A DNA stretch of 64,000 bases from Centroscyllium fabricii (GCA_051313645.2 JBNRSN020000005.1:312728001-312792000), one strand, 5' to 3'; positions 13,148-25,641 are shown, counted from the stretch's first letter. Made by a program: numbers and translations. Notes: generated by a model not told the origin, from the sequence alone.

Positions 13148-14154
13148 TATAATGAAATGCAAACGTAAAAAATATCTTTAGATCAACTGTTCCTGAACAG
13201 TCAGAAGCACTATAACTGTGATAAAAGGAGGAGGATTTTAATTGTCAATTATCCTTGGACTGACCTAATAAATGGATATATGCCCTGCTTCACTCTAGAA
13301 CTGGCTCAATGTTCATCAACATAGTAAATATAACTGGAACAAGACGCTGTTGCTAATAATGGTTCAAGTTAACCTGTACTGTCAAGTTAACCTGTACTGC
13401 ATTTATTAACAGATAGATTCTGCCATTGAGAAGCCTCAAATCAGAGCCGACAGCTTGTTCTTAACAAAAGGCTTTTATTTACAAGAGACAGAACCATGCC
13501 CTCGGTGAGCCCGCCTGGAATGAGAGATGAGTGGGCGGAGCATTCTCCTTTATACTAGTACCCAGAGGCGGGGTCAGCCGGTACAGGTCCTTGCAGAAAT
13601 GTACAGATATTAACAGGTATATTAACCCAAACTATATACAATAATCGCACAGTGTGAACCACACTAAAAGGTTCATCACATTCACCCCTTCCTTAAAAAC
13701 AAGTCCCGCGGGGCGAATATCAGCACTGTGTTATCAGTCTTAGTGGGGGTTTAACAGTCCGAGTAGTTCTGCGAGGCAGTGTCGGTTCTGGCGAAGAAGC
13801 GGGAGCAGTCATAATCGGAAAAGACGCTGACGGGGCTCCCGACGTGAACAGGGACTCCACCGGTGGAAGAGGTACCTCAGGCACAGGAAGATCTGGTGGA
13901 GGTGTAGCAGCCGCCGGAAGAGTAGGCTGAGCAACATGATGAGCTCTGTCGTGCATTGTGAGTGACGAGGGCCCCGATGTAGTGTGCGCAGGTGAATGGA
14001 AAGACGGCCCCTGTTGTGAAAATGCGACCTGGGAGGGCAAGGGCTCCGCCAACGACTCTAAGTGAACGTCTCCAGCGGGCGCAAGGTCTCTAATCGAGAC
14101 AGTATCCTCACGCCCGTCTGGGTACTCCACGTAGGCATACTGAGGGTTGGCATG

Positions 14155-14443
14155 TGACGTATCGTCAATATCTTCGATTAAAAGAGTCGACGAGTAGTTG
14201 CCGAAACTAAAGGCTTTTAATTGCTAAGAACGGAGCTACTCTCCAGACGAACTACAGTACAGGAATGAAGGAGCCTCGGTCAGATCTCACCTATAACGGG
14301 GCCTCACCTGGGGGAGGAGTTGGAGGTGTGGCTGACCTGGCTCCCAACAGTGTCACAGTATACAGGGCTGTGCCTAACATCAGCACAGCCCATCATTAGC
14401 CATAATGGTACAGTGGTATGGTAGACATACAATGGTTACCACA
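14155..14443 (-). mobile_element. Solo LTR inserted in the integrase region of Gypsy 1
   Basis: TG...CA ends; TSD GCATG at 14150-14154 and 14444-14448; similar to the LTRs of Gypsy 3. Confidence 0.9.
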
Positions 14444-16689
14444 GCATGCAGCAGGCGCACACGTTTAACAAGAGGGTCCGTCTTGTGTCCACGGACATGC
14501 CGTCGAAGCAGAACCGGCCCCGGGTTGGTAAGCCACGTCGGCAGAGACGTCCCCGAAGTCGATTTCCGGGGGAAAGAGAAGAGTTTCTCGTGAGGCGTGC
14601 AACTGGTGGCTGTACACAAGAGGGAACGGGTAGCGTGGAGCGAATCCTGGAGGACCTGCTGCCAGTGGGAGTTTGGAAGGCCTTTGGATCGAAGGGCCAG
14701 GGTGATGGCCTTCCAGATGGTCCCATTACAACGTTCTACCTGACCGTTCCCCCGGGGTTGTAACTGGTCGTTCTGCTCGAGGCAACCCCCCGCACGAGCA
14801 GAAAATGACGCAGTTCGTCACTCATAAATGAGGACCCCCGGTCGCTGAGTATGAAGCCGGGAAGGCCGAAGATGGCGAATAGCGTGATAAAATGCTTTAT
14901 CACTGTTGCACTCGTCATCTCTGGGCATGGGAATGCAAAAGGGAAACGGGAGAACTCGTCGACCACAGTGAGAATGTACGAGTTACGGTTGGTAGAGGGG
15001 AGGGGACCTTTGAAGTCCACACTCAGGCGCTCGAATGGTGGCCTTGATGAGGTGCGCCCTGTCAGGCCTGTAAAACTGGGGCTTGCACTCAGCACAGACA
15101 GGGCACTCCTGCGTCATCGCCTTGATCTCCGCAATGGAATAAGGGAGATTGCGTGATTTGACGAAGTGAGCGAGCCTGGTGACCCCCGGGTGGCAGAGAT
15201 TAGCGTGGAGGGTGTTCCGACTACCCGACTGGGCACTGGCACACATTCCTCGGGACAGGCCGTCCGGGGGGACGTTAAGCTTCCCTGGCCGGTACAGAAT
15301 GTCGTACTCAAAAGTGGAGAGTTCGATCCGCCACCTGAGGATCTTGTCATTCTTGATTTTACCCCTCTGTTTATGGTGGAACATAAACGCTACTTACCGC
15401 TGGTCAGTAAGAAGGGTAAATCGTTTACCGGTCAAATAGTGGCGCCAGTGGCGCACTGCTTCCACGATTGCTTGGGCCTCCTTTTCCACTGAAGAGTGGT
15501 GGACTTCAGGGCCCTGTAGGGTACCGGAGAAGAAAGCGACGGGCCTGCCTGCCTGGTTAAGGGTGGCGGCCAGGGCGAAGACTGAGGCGTCGCTTTCGAC
15601 CTGGAAGGGGAGAGATTCATCAATGGCGTGCATGGTTGCCTTGATGATGTCTTGCTTGATATGCGAAAAGGCAATTTGGGCCTCTAACGGGAGCGGGAAG
15701 GAGGTAGCCCTGAGGAGAGGCTGGGCCTTATCAGCATAATGGGGAACCCATTGTGCATAGTAAGAGAAAAACCCCAGGCATCTCCTCAAAGATTTGGGGG
15801 AGTGCGGTAGAGGCAGCTCCTGAAGGGGGCGCATACGTTTGGGATCGGGGCCGAGGACCCCGTTCTCAATTACGTAGCCGAGGATAGCCAACTGGTTAGT
15901 GTTGAAAACGCACTTATCCTCATTGTAAGTGAGGTTCAGACGCTGGGCCGTACGGAGAAACCTGTCCAAATTGGCATCATGATTTTGCTGGTCATGGCCG
16001 CAGGTCGTGACATTGTCCAAATACAGGAATGTGGCCTGCAAATGATACTGGTCAACCATTCGCGGCTGCTGACCGTGAGAGGAGGCAGGGGACCGCTGTA
16101 CGCCATCGTCATGCTCTGCAGATGGCACTGGAAAACCAGGCCAAGCAACACAGGGGCGCAGAGCTGTGGGAGGACGTACAGTGGAAAGTTGCGGTATGTC
16201 GTCCCCTTCACAGTAATGGTGACTGTACAGCAGCCGATGACGTCCACAGTCTGGGACTCGGAGGGAAGGGAGATTTTACGATGTGTGGGCCTAACCCTGA
16301 GGGAATAACGGCACACCGTATCAGGGTGTATGAAGCTCTCCGTACTCCCAGTGTCGAACACACATCGGATGAGGTGCCCCTCTACCCGGATGGGCATCAT
16401 CGATAACATGAGAGACTGGTTGAGGGCCGTAGAGGCAAGTGTGGTGTGCGCGCTGGGGCCCTTGTGCAATGCAGAGTCCGCGGGTGATGGCGGCGCCCGT
16501 GATTCGCACGCGGCGGGCCACGGTGGCGTTTTGGTGAGTCGCCGAGAAAGCCGTTGGGAGGACCGAAGGGCTCGTGGCGCACAAGCGCCAGAATGCTGAA
16601 TTGCTCTGGAGTTGCCTGTTGCTGCTGCCAGAATCATTGTAGTTTCTTCTAATCTACCTGTTACTTCTGCAGCCTGTATAGGTAAGTTT

Positions 16690-17160
16690 GTCCTATACAA
16701 AGATGGCGGTGTCACGTGATGGGGCTGGGCCGCTGCTGCCGGGATGCGAGTTGTCCTATACAAAGATGGCGGCGTCACGTGATGGGGCATGGCCGTTGCT
16801 GCCGGGATGCGATTTGCCCCACACAAAGATGGCGGCGTCACGTGATGGGGCAGGGCCGCTGTTGCCGTGATGCAGGAAGATGGCGACGTCATGTGATGGG
16901 GTGTGGCCGTTGCTGCCGGGATGAACGACGGTGGCGGCATCACGTGATGGGGCGGGTCCTCTGCTGCCGAGATGCGAGTTGCCCGCATCAAAGATGGCGG
17001 CGCCCTGTGTGCCGCTGCTGCCAGGAGGCCCGACGGCGCCCACGTTTCACGCCGAAACGCCAATGAAGAAGAAGGCCGCGCCCCCAAAGATGGTCGAGTG
17101 CGGGGAACGACCGTGGAGAAAGACGCCCGCGCCCCCAAAGATGGCGGAGCACGGGAAACG
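16690..17160. repeat. Degenerate tandem repeats (about 50-63 bp) between gag and protease of Gypsy 1
   Basis: Recurring AAGATGGCGGCGTCACGTGATGGGGC; encodes HHVTPPS repeats in ORF 15936-17459. Confidence 0.85.
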
Positions 17161-18188
17161 ACGTTGGGAGGCCGCATCTGAGGCAAGGTAGGTCTCAATT
17201 GTTCTGAGGGCCGCTGTTGGGGGGCGCTAGGTACCTGAAGCCTCTCTGTGGCGTGGAATTCACAGGCTGCTGCCGTTTTCCTTGCTGATTCCGGGGCCGA
17301 CCGGCCGACCTTCGCAAAATGGCCCTTCTGGCCTTTGCTGGGCAGGAGCTTCGTGGATGGCGTTTCTGGCCACAAAAAAAGCATTTCAGAGGTGCTGGCT
17401 GTCCAGATGGCGCTGTGGCCGCCACAGTCGTCGTCGAGGGCGTCGAGCGCGAGTCCCAAGGCCCAGGGGAAACTGCGTGGGAGCCGTGCCCCGTGTACGA
17501 ATCCAGGCTCCGGAGGGCCCCATCCACCGCGTTGGAAAGCTTCACCGCCTCATTCAGGGACAAATTATCCTGCTCGAGCAGGCGGGTGCGAGCTGGGGCC
17601 GATCTGATGCCTGCCACATAGGCATCGCGGACAAGGAGGTCCATGTGCTCCTGGGCGTTAACAGGGGTGCATCCGCAGTGCAGAATGAGAGCTTGAAGAG
17701 CCTCCAGGTACTCCTCATTCGACTCACCATGCTGTTGCCTCTGCGTGGCGAGTAGATGGCGAGCATAGACGGCGTTGACTGGCTGGAGGTATCGAGCCTT
17801 CAGTAGCTCCATCGTTGTGTGGCGACACGCCCACCAAAGGCATCGAATCCGCCTCGGGAGTACTGCGGGGCACAGCCCCGCCCATCGGGTGACGTGATGA
17901 CATCACCGCGACTTCCGGCGTGATGACGTCACCGGGACTTCCGGCGTGATGACGTCACCAACCGCGGGCACTTTAAATAAGCCTGCTCCAGGTGGATCAG
18001 TCTCTTTCCTACCTGGCCATGCAATGTAATAAACAAGTGTTTTCTGTCCTACTGGCTCCCGCGTGGTTCTTCAGGCCTGCATGCACTACAGTGGTGACCC
18101 CGAAATTGGAACGTCTTCCAAGAGAACAGAAATGAAGCAGTTGCTGCAGGACTGAGGGCCAAGCTGCCTCAGAGCACTTCCAACCTAC

Positions 18189-18929
18189 ATGCCTTCAGGA
18201 AGCCAAGCTGCACGACCTCAAAGACTGGGCCAGAACTCCGGCCACCGATTAACTCTACTGGAGTTTTGGGAGCTACGCCCAGCGGCCTGGGTCCTGTGTA
18301 TCGAAACCAGCTGCCGCATCCATGGCGTCCAGGGGGATGATCGCTACGACCTGCTCTTCTCGGCCCTACCGCAGACCACGGTCGATCGGATGTGGCCGAC
18401 GTTACAGCGTGCACCAGCAGCAGGCAGGTACGAATTCCTTAAGGCCGCGCTGCTTAAAAAATTCACCCCCTCCCAATTTGAGTGCGACTGCGAGCTCATC
18501 AACCTCCCCGAACTCGGGGACGCAGACCCATCGGACCTTTGGGCCCAAATGGAAGCACTGAACTCAGACCCAGCCTCCATCAAGCGCACCTTGTTCCTCC
18601 TCAAACTGCCCCCCTCCGTCAGACCGGCTCTGATGGCCCTCTGCCACTGCAGCGGAGAACAGCTGGCTGAGGAGGCCGACAAGCTCATGACGGCTGAGCG
18701 CTCCCGCTCCGCCACGTGCGAGCCCGCTGCTACGGCAGCCGAGCCCCGCTACGCGCACCCCAGGTCCGACCCCAGGCCTGAACACAGGCCAACGCGACCC
18801 GCAAAAGGCCGCGCACATCGGGCACCGGCTGGTGCTACTACCACACCCGGTTTGAATCCAAAGCGCAACGCTGCGTCCAGCCCTGCACTTTCAAACCCCA
18901 GCCCGGCTCAAGCCCCACCATGTCTGTAG
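18189..18929 (+). CDS. gag: Gag of the nested CsRn1-like element (frameshifted before the CHCC motif)
   Basis: [12 protein letters not shown] ... [10 protein letters not shown]; the CHCC motif lies in another frame. Confidence 0.8.
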   Translation: MPSGSQAARPQRLGQNSGHRLTLLEFWELRPAAWVLCIETSCRIHGVQGDDRYDLLFSALPQTTVDRMWPTLQRAPAAGRYEFLKAALLKKFTPSQFECDCELINLPELGDADPSDLWAQMEALNSDPASIKRTLFLLKLPPSVRPALMALCHCSGEQLAEEADKLMTAERSRSATCEPAATAAEPRYAHPRSDPRPEHRPTRPAKGRAHRAPAGATTTPGLNPKRNAASSPALSNPSPAQAPPCL

Positions 18930-19011
18930 GCCACTCTGGAGCACTGCTCTACGTCACAGATGCGGCACAGGCCTCCGGTTCCTCTGCGACACAGGCGCGC
19001 AGCACGGCATT

Positions 19012-22011
19012 GTGCCAGCCTCCACTGCAGAAGCCAAACAAGGCACCCGGGGCCCGCCACTCGAAGCCGCAAACGGCTCCGAAATAAAGACGTACGGCAC
19101 CCGCAAGCTCACCATCAAGCTAGCAGGCCACACGTACCACTGGGACTTCATCACCGCCCAGGTCAAACTACCCCTCCTCGGGGCAGATATCCTCTGCGCC
19201 CACGGCCTCCTGGTCGACATGACCCGGCGCCGACTGGTCAACATACACAACATGTCGACCATCCCATGCTCCACAGGGCCGGCACGCCAGGCCCACGCAG
19301 CGGCACACTGCCGAGCCCGTAACTCCGACACGTACGGCACGCTCCTCGCGGAGTTCCCAGCCCTCACCAACCCCACCTTCACAGCCCGCACGGCCAAACA
19401 TGGGGTGGAGCATTTCATCACCACCACTGGCCCTCCCGTCCATGCCCACGCCCGCAGGCTGGACCCGGCCAAACTGGAGATCGCGCGTACCGAGTTCCGC
19501 ACCATGGAACAACTCGGCATAATCCACCGCTCCAACAGCCCCTGGGCCTCCCCACTCCACATCGCCCCCAAGCCGGGCGGTGGTTGGCGCCCCTGCGGAG
19601 ACTACCGCCGCCTCAACAACGCCACCACCCCAGACAGGTACCCCGTACCCCACATCCAAGATTTCTCCACCAGGCTAGCGGGCTGCACGATCTTCTCTAA
19701 GATCGACCTGGTACGGGGCTACCACCAGGTACCAGTGCACCCGGTGGATGTCCCTAAGACAGCCGTCATCACCCCTTTCGGACTGTTCGAATTCCTCCGA
19801 ATGCCCTTCGGACTTAAAAACGCGGCCCAGGCCTTCCAACGCCTCATGGACTCAGACCTACGGGACTTGCAGTTCATGTTCGTCTACCTAGACGACATCC
19901 TCGTGGCCAGCACCTCCCCCCAGGAACACCTCCTCCATCTCAGGACCCTGTTCCAACGCCTGACCGAACACGGTCTCATATTAAGCCCCTCTAAATGCCA
20001 ATTTGGCCTCGAGACGATCGACTTCCTCGGCCACCGCATTTCCCAAACCGGGGCCATACCCCTGCCCTCCAAGGTGCAGGCGGTCCAGGAATTCCCCCGC
20101 CCGCACTCCATCAAGGGGCTGCAGGAATTCCTAGGGATGGTTAATTTTTATAACCGCTTCATCCCAGGAGCAGCCGTTCTCATGGCACCCCTTTACCAGG
20201 CCACACGCGGGCAGTCCAACAAAACTGCGGTCGAGTGGACGGCCGAAGCCACCACCGCCTTCACCGCAACCAAAACCGCCCTGGCCAACGCCACGCTCCT
20301 AGCCCACCCTAGGCCCAACGCCAGAGTGGCCCTCACCACCGACGCCTCCGACCACGCTGTCGGAGCGGTCTTTGAGCAGTGGACCGGCAACTCCTGGCAA
20401 CCCCTGGTCTTTTTCAGCCGGCAACTTCGGCCCCCAGAGGTCAAGTACAGCGCCTTCGATAGGGAGCTACTCGCTCTCTACCTCGCAGTGCGCCACTTCC
20501 GCTTCCTCTTGGAGGGCCGCCATTTCACAGCATTCGTTGATCACAAGCCACTCGTGTCCGCAATAGCTAAGATCGCCGAACCCTGGTCGGCCAGGCAGCA
20601 GCGCCAGCTCGCGGCCGTGTCGGAATTTACCACCGACATACAGCACATCGCCGGCCGCGACAACGTGGTTGCTGACTGCCTGTCACGTCCCGCCATCAAC
20701 GCCGTACAAACGGCGGTCGACTACGCCAAACTGGCAACCGACCAACTAACAGACCCAGACCTGCTCGACCCAGCTACCAACCTCCCCGGCCTGCACTTGG
20801 CCAGCGTAGCACACGGGCCCACAGCCACTGCGGTCTGCTGCGACGTCTCCCTCCCGCAGCCCAGACCCATCGTCCCCCACGCATGGAGGCGACACATTTT
20901 CCACACACTCCATGGCCTGTCCCACCCTGGCACCCGCGCGTCCACCAAGCTGATTTCGGCACGTTTCGTCTGGCGCGGCCTGCGCAAGGATGTCCGCGCC
21001 TGGACCAACGCCTGCACTGCCTGCCAGCGCGCCAAGGTGCACAAGCACATCAAGGCACCGCTGGAAACGTTCACCATACCAGCTAGACGCTTCGACCACG
21101 TCCACATCGACCTGGTCGGACCACTACCGCCATCACGGGGACACACACACATCATGACCATGGTCGACCGCATCACTCGCTGGCCAGAAGCGGTCCCACT
21201 CGTCGCTACCAGCACCAAGGACCTGGCCAGGGCTTTCATCGCCACCTGGGTCGCGCGTTTCGGCGTACCCACCGACATCACGTCGGACAGAGGCCCCCAA
21301 TTCACGTCGACACTATGGGCGACCATCGCCCGCGACCTTGGGGTAACCCTACACCGAAACACCGCTTACCACCCACAGTCCAACGGACTCTGCAAACGGT
21401 TCCACCGCTCCATCAAAGCATCCCTGCGGGCCAGTTTTAAGGACTCAACTTGGACAGACCGCCTGCCCTGGGTAATGCTCGGCCTACGCACAGCGGCCAA
21501 AGAAGACCTGCACGCCTCAGCAGCGGAACTCGTCTACGGCCAAACTCTAACCGTGCCAGGCGAGTTCCTCGCAGAGCCAAACGCTCCCTGGTCAGCAGAC
21601 CAATACCTGAAGGACTTTAACAACCAGGCACGAGCGTTCAAACCGCTACCGGTGGCCCGGCACGGAGAGCCGGCAGCACGTGTACCGGACGGCATTAAAA
21701 AGGGCAAATATGTGTTTCTCCGCCACGACGCACATCGATCGCCACTACAGCCACCGTATGATGGACTGTACAGAGTGCTTCGGGCGGGAGCTAAAGCTTT
21801 CGAACTGAAAATGGCCAACAGGACTGAAACCGTCTCAATAGACCGGCTGAAGCCGGCACACGTAATAGCGGGTGAGACAACAGTCCCCGCGCAGCCACCA
21901 AAACGCGGACGCCCTCCCGCACCAAAAAATGCCCACACTCCACCGCAGAACAAGGAGCAGCGCACGACACGTGCCGGCCGCATCATCCGGCCACCTCAAC
22001 GCCTCTCATGA
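19012..22011 (+). CDS. pol: Pol (end of protease, RT, RNase H, integrase), 999 aa without stops
   Basis: LCDTGA in frame just upstream; [22 protein letters not shown]-CxxC and integrase core (IDLVGP, SDRGPQF). The usual integrase Glu reads K (NGLCKRFH). Confidence 0.95.
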   Translation: MPASTAEAKQGTRGPPLEAANGSEIKTYGTRKLTIKLAGHTYHWDFITAQVKLPLLGADILCAHGLLVDMTRRRLVNIHNMSTIPCSTGPARQAHAAAHCRARNSDTYGTLLAEFPALTNPTFTARTAKHGVEHFITTTGPPVHAHARRLDPAKLEIARTEFRTMEQLGIIHRSNSPWASPLHIAPKPGGGWRPCGDYRRLNNATTPDRYPVPHIQDFSTRLAGCTIFSKIDLVRGYHQVPVHPVDVPKTAVITPFGLFEFLRMPFGLKNAAQAFQRLMDSDLRDLQFMFVYLDDILVASTSPQEHLLHLRTLFQRLTEHGLILSPSKCQFGLETIDFLGHRISQTGAIPLPSKVQAVQEFPRPHSIKGLQEFLGMVNFYNRFIPGAAVLMAPLYQATRGQSNKTAVEWTAEATTAFTATKTALANATLLAHPRPNARVALTTDASDHAVGAVFEQWTGNSWQPLVFFSRQLRPPEVKYSAFDRELLALYLAVRHFRFLLEGRHFTAFVDHKPLVSAIAKIAEPWSARQQRQLAAVSEFTTDIQHIAGRDNVVADCLSRPAINAVQTAVDYAKLATDQLTDPDLLDPATNLPGLHLASVAHGPTATAVCCDVSLPQPRPIVPHAWRRHIFHTLHGLSHPGTRASTKLISARFVWRGLRKDVRAWTNACTACQRAKVHKHIKAPLETFTIPARRFDHVHIDLVGPLPPSRGHTHIMTMVDRITRWPEAVPLVATSTKDLARAFIATWVARFGVPTDITSDRGPQFTSTLWATIARDLGVTLHRNTAYHPQSNGLCKRFHRSIKASLRASFKDSTWTDRLPWVMLGLRTAAKEDLHASAAELVYGQTLTVPGEFLAEPNAPWSADQYLKDFNNQARAFKPLPVARHGEPAARVPDGIKKGKYVFLRHDAHRSPLQPPYDGLYRVLRAGAKAFELKMANRTETVSIDRLKPAHVIAGETTVPAQPPKRGRPPAPKNAHTPPQNKEQRTTRAGRIIRPPQRLS

Positions 22012-23204
22012 GACTCATTTTTTATTTTTACTTTATTCTCCCTTACAGCATAAGACTCTTTTATATTTTATTTTATTCTCCCGTACAGATTCTGGGGGGG
22101 GAGCTGTGTGGCGACACGCCCACCAAAGGCATCGAATCCGCCTCGGGAGTACTGCGGGGCATAGCCCCGCCCATCGGGTGACGTGATGACGTCACCGCGA
22201 CTTCCGGCGTGATGTCGTCACCAGGACATCCGGCGTGATGACGTCACCAACCGCGGGCACTTTAAATAAGCCTGCTCCAGGTGGATCAGTCTCTTTCCTA
22301 CCTGGCCATGCAATGTAATAAACAAGTGTTTTCTGTCCTACTGGCTCCCGCGTGGTTCTTCAGGCCTGCATGCACTACAGTTGCATCGTATTCCGTGGCA
22401 CTCTTGATGATGGAATACACCCTGCCACTCACGCAGGAGACCAGGACTCGTCTCTTGTGCGTGTCGCTGACTCCGGCCACCACAAGGAACGATTCAAAAC
22501 AGCTCAGCCAGTGTTCAAAATCATTGGACACATTCGGTGCCTGGGGGTTGAGGTCGAGAGTTTGGGGTTTTAGGTCTGTCTTCCAACTCTCAGAAGTTGC
22601 TGGCTGTTGCTGATTCATTTTAAAAATTCTTGTAAATAAAATTGAGAAGTCTCAAATCAGAGCCGACAGCTTGTTCTTAACAAAAGGCTTTTATTTACAA
22701 GAGACAGAACCGTGCCCTCGGTGAGCCCGCCCGGAATGAGAGATGAGTGGGTGGAGCATTCTCCTTTATACTAGTACCCAGAGGCGGGGTCAGCCGGTAC
22801 AGGTCCTTGCAGAAATGTACAGATATTAACAGGTATATTAACCCAAACTATATACAATAATCGCACAGTGTGAACCACACTAAAAGGTTCATCACAGCCA
22901 TGCAGTGCTTACATGAGAAGGCAGGCACTGGGTGCAGAGGGCTGCAGAATTTGGCGAGCAGGCCTTGCTTCCTGGGTTGCTGTTCTGCAGTCTGCTTCAT
23001 TTAGTGCGCTGAGGTGCACCTTCCTATTTTGTACCTTAGCTTCATTAAGGCCGCAGATTTGGTGCATAACTATTTAAGGAAATGTCTAGTTCAATTAGGT
23101 GGCTTTTTCCACCAGGCTTGTTTGTTTTACCTTGTGCATCTACTTGGAATGAGAGTAAGGGAAGCTCCATGTGAAAAATAGTCCTTAAAGCGCCTCAGAC
23201 TTTT

Positions 23205-24786
23205 GTTTTTCCTGCAATCTAGTATACTGTATTCGCTGCTCACGATGTGATCTCCTCTACATCGGGGAGACCAAATGCAGATTGGGTGACTGCTTTGCGG
23301 AACTTTTCTGTTCAGTCCATAAGGGGGACACCGAGTTCCTGGTGGCCTGTCACTTTAATTCTCCACTCCACTCCCATTCAGACCTCACTGTCTGTGGCCT
23401 GTTGCATTGTTCCACGAAAGCTCAGCGTAAACTCGAGGAACAGCATCTCATCTTTCACTTAGGCACTCTACAGCCCTCTGGACTAAACATAGAGTTCAAC
23501 AATTTTAGACCATAACCTTAGCCCCTACCACACTTTTTTTATATATATATATATATTTTCTCTCTTTTTTCAATCCACACTTTCATCTGGGCTTTTTTCT
23601 TTACTCTGCCAGAGCCGTTCACACGTATCCAGAGCCATCCTGTGTTCCTTGAATTTCTCCTAATATCTCTTATTGCCCCCGCCTTTGAGCCTGTTGCTGA
23701 TCTTTCATTTGTTCTTTCAGCCCCCCCTCCCCCTAGCCCCTACTAGCTTTAAAATCTATCCCCCCTCCTGGCTTCTCCAGTTCTGAAGAAAGGTCAACGA
23801 CCTGAAACGTTGGGGGGAATTTTTAAAAAGGTGTGGGAAGCTGTCGGGCTTTGGGCGGGTCAGCTTTCTGTCCCGCCCGCCCAAGGACCTGGGAGGCCCG
23901 AACGATTTTGGCTCAAGTGGCCAATTAAATCACCGCCGGTCTGCTGGGCTTCCAATACATACTATTGGGTCGGGAACGCAGCCCTTTTCACTCACAGTTT
24001 GAGTGGGGCGGGCTGTTGATTGACAGGCCTGAATAGTCTGAGTACTAAGACACCACTAAGCCTGATTGACAGTGCTCAAGTGGTTCCTTTGTTTCCATGT
24101 TGACACAGACTTTGTGAGTCACATTATGAAAGGGAACACTGAAACCACAAAACAAACAGCTGAAGTGACTCACTGTTTGTTTGTGGTTTCAATGGAATGT
24201 AAACAGAAACTGATCCCCTGGGTAATTGACAGCTTGGCTCACACAGACGGCACAGCAGGCCGATCTCTATGAATAGCAGGGATTTAAAGGTGAGTGATTA
24301 CTATTTTGTGGGGCACTGCAGTTTTCACCCTTGGGTGGCAGCTGCACCTCCAGCATGGTGGAGGCTAGCAAGCTGCTGTGTGGGTGCTGTGCCCATGCCT
24401 TGAAGGTGGCAGACACCTAGCTGACTGGGTGCCCACCACCTTCCACCGGCGGGGTTCCCACCAGGCGGGTTTTGGGTGGGAAGAGGGTTAAAATAGCTGA
24501 GGGCCCTTAAAATAGGATTACCCATCCAATTAAAGGCCCTCAACAACCTCAATCTGTATCCCCGCCCGCGGCCGGCGGGAAACATTCGGGGCGGCAAAAC
24601 CCGCCCGATAAAAATCAGAAATTGGCGGGGATCCGGCAGGGTGGCTTCTCGCCCGCCGGATTTACGATTTTACCCCCCGCCCCGCCGCAACCCCGCACTC
24701 ACGGCCCTCCGATAACTCTGTTTCTCTCTCCACCGATGCTGCCTGGCCTACTGAGTTTCTCCAACGTTTTCTGTTGTTATTTCAGA
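23205..24786 (+). mobile_element. Penelope-like element 3' fragment, interrupted by a MITE
   Basis: YCIRCSRCDLLYIGET and LQPSGLNIEFNNF; hammerhead motif 23779-23811; sequence resumes at TAACTCTGTTTCTCTCTCC (24713). Confidence 0.9.
23813..24712 (-). mobile_element. Harbinger-type MITE, family C copy 2 (one terminus clipped)
   Basis: Reverse complement of 5231-6135. Confidence 0.85.
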
Positions 24787-24899
24787 CTTTTGTTTATGTT
24801 GCAGTGTTCAGAAGATTATTTTATATATTTCTGCTATTTTTATTGTTAATGTATTTTGCAACAATGGTTGGGGCCAATTTTCTTACTCCTTATGGCAAA

Positions 24900-25625
24900 T
24901 TTGTTTTTAAAAGTATCTCAAATACGGTTTCTCATGACTGAAGTGGTGCAAGATGAAAGTAGGTATGCCAGGGAGATCAGCAGGCACCAGACCATATCTG
25001 CAGACCTTGGCACACCTACATGCTAATGACCTAGGACAGCTGCCACAGCTTGCTCCAGTTCAGTAGGGAGCCAGTTGTAGAGATTTGCCATCTGCAGCAA
25101 GGGCACCTACAGTCAAGTAACAATATATTGATAACTCTGCAATTGGCTTTCAAGATTACCACTGCCCTCAACATTTATGTTTCTGGTTCATTCCCAGTCG
25201 CACTATAATATCAGCTAGTGTGTTGTTGTCCAGAAAACATCAAACAAGTGACTGGTATGTTAGTCAGCATGGCCACTGCTTTCATCTTCTTTCTTACTTT
25301 AATAGAATAACGTGACTGTCCAATGTCACCACACTGCTGAATTTCCCAATGTACATGGCGTCATTGATGGCTGTCATGTGCCAACCTGGCTGATCGGGAG
25401 ATACTATTTTATGAAGCCATTTGACATGTGAAGCTCTTGGGAGATGAGTATGGCCGGGTTCAATTGTAAGGTACTGCTCAGCTGTATGCCATGCTGAGGT
25501 ATGGGCACACATGAGGCGCAATGAAAGTGCTGCAAGGTTGTATGATGATTAGGGAGGAGCAAGCAACAAAGGTTGATGAGCAACACTTTGTGTCATGGAA
25601 TCTGGTCAATTAGATGCCATCTGTT
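24900..25625 (+). pseudogene. Degenerate PIF/Harbinger transposase relic
   Basis: Manual translation VVEICHLQ ... FKITTALNIYVSGSF and FPNVHGVIDGCHV matches VVTDICAM ... VKVTTALNFFTSSSF and [13 protein letters not shown] of the 37309-38583 transposase. Confidence 0.8.
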
Positions 25626-25641
25626 GAGAGATGTTTCTGAG

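Larger units (their letters stand above)
17818..22379 (+). mobile_element. Gypsy LTR retrotransposon of the CsRn1/Kabuki clade, nested in gag of Gypsy 1
   Basis: 273-bp LTRs at 17818-18090 and 22107-22379 (about 5 differences); 4-bp TSD GTTG; tRNA-Trp PBS TGGTGACCCCGA at 18092-18103; G-rich PPT; CHCC motif [18 protein letters not shown] near 18833-18886. Confidence 0.95.
13427..22896 (-). mobile_element. Gypsy LTR retrotransposon 1 (probably Mag-like), defective, with two nested insertions
   Basis: 254-bp LTRs at 22643-22896 (5') and 13427-13680 (3') with 4 differences seen; TSD GCCAT; PPT AAGGAAGGGGTGAA. gag starts at 22618; protease FDTGS, RT YLDN, RNase H and integrase are in broken ORFs; RT N-terminus deleted near 16058. 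Confidence 0.95.

Noticed and set aside
18954-21986. Long antisense ORFs over Gypsy pol
   Set aside because: Expected shadow frames of GC-rich coding sequence, with no recognisable motifs.
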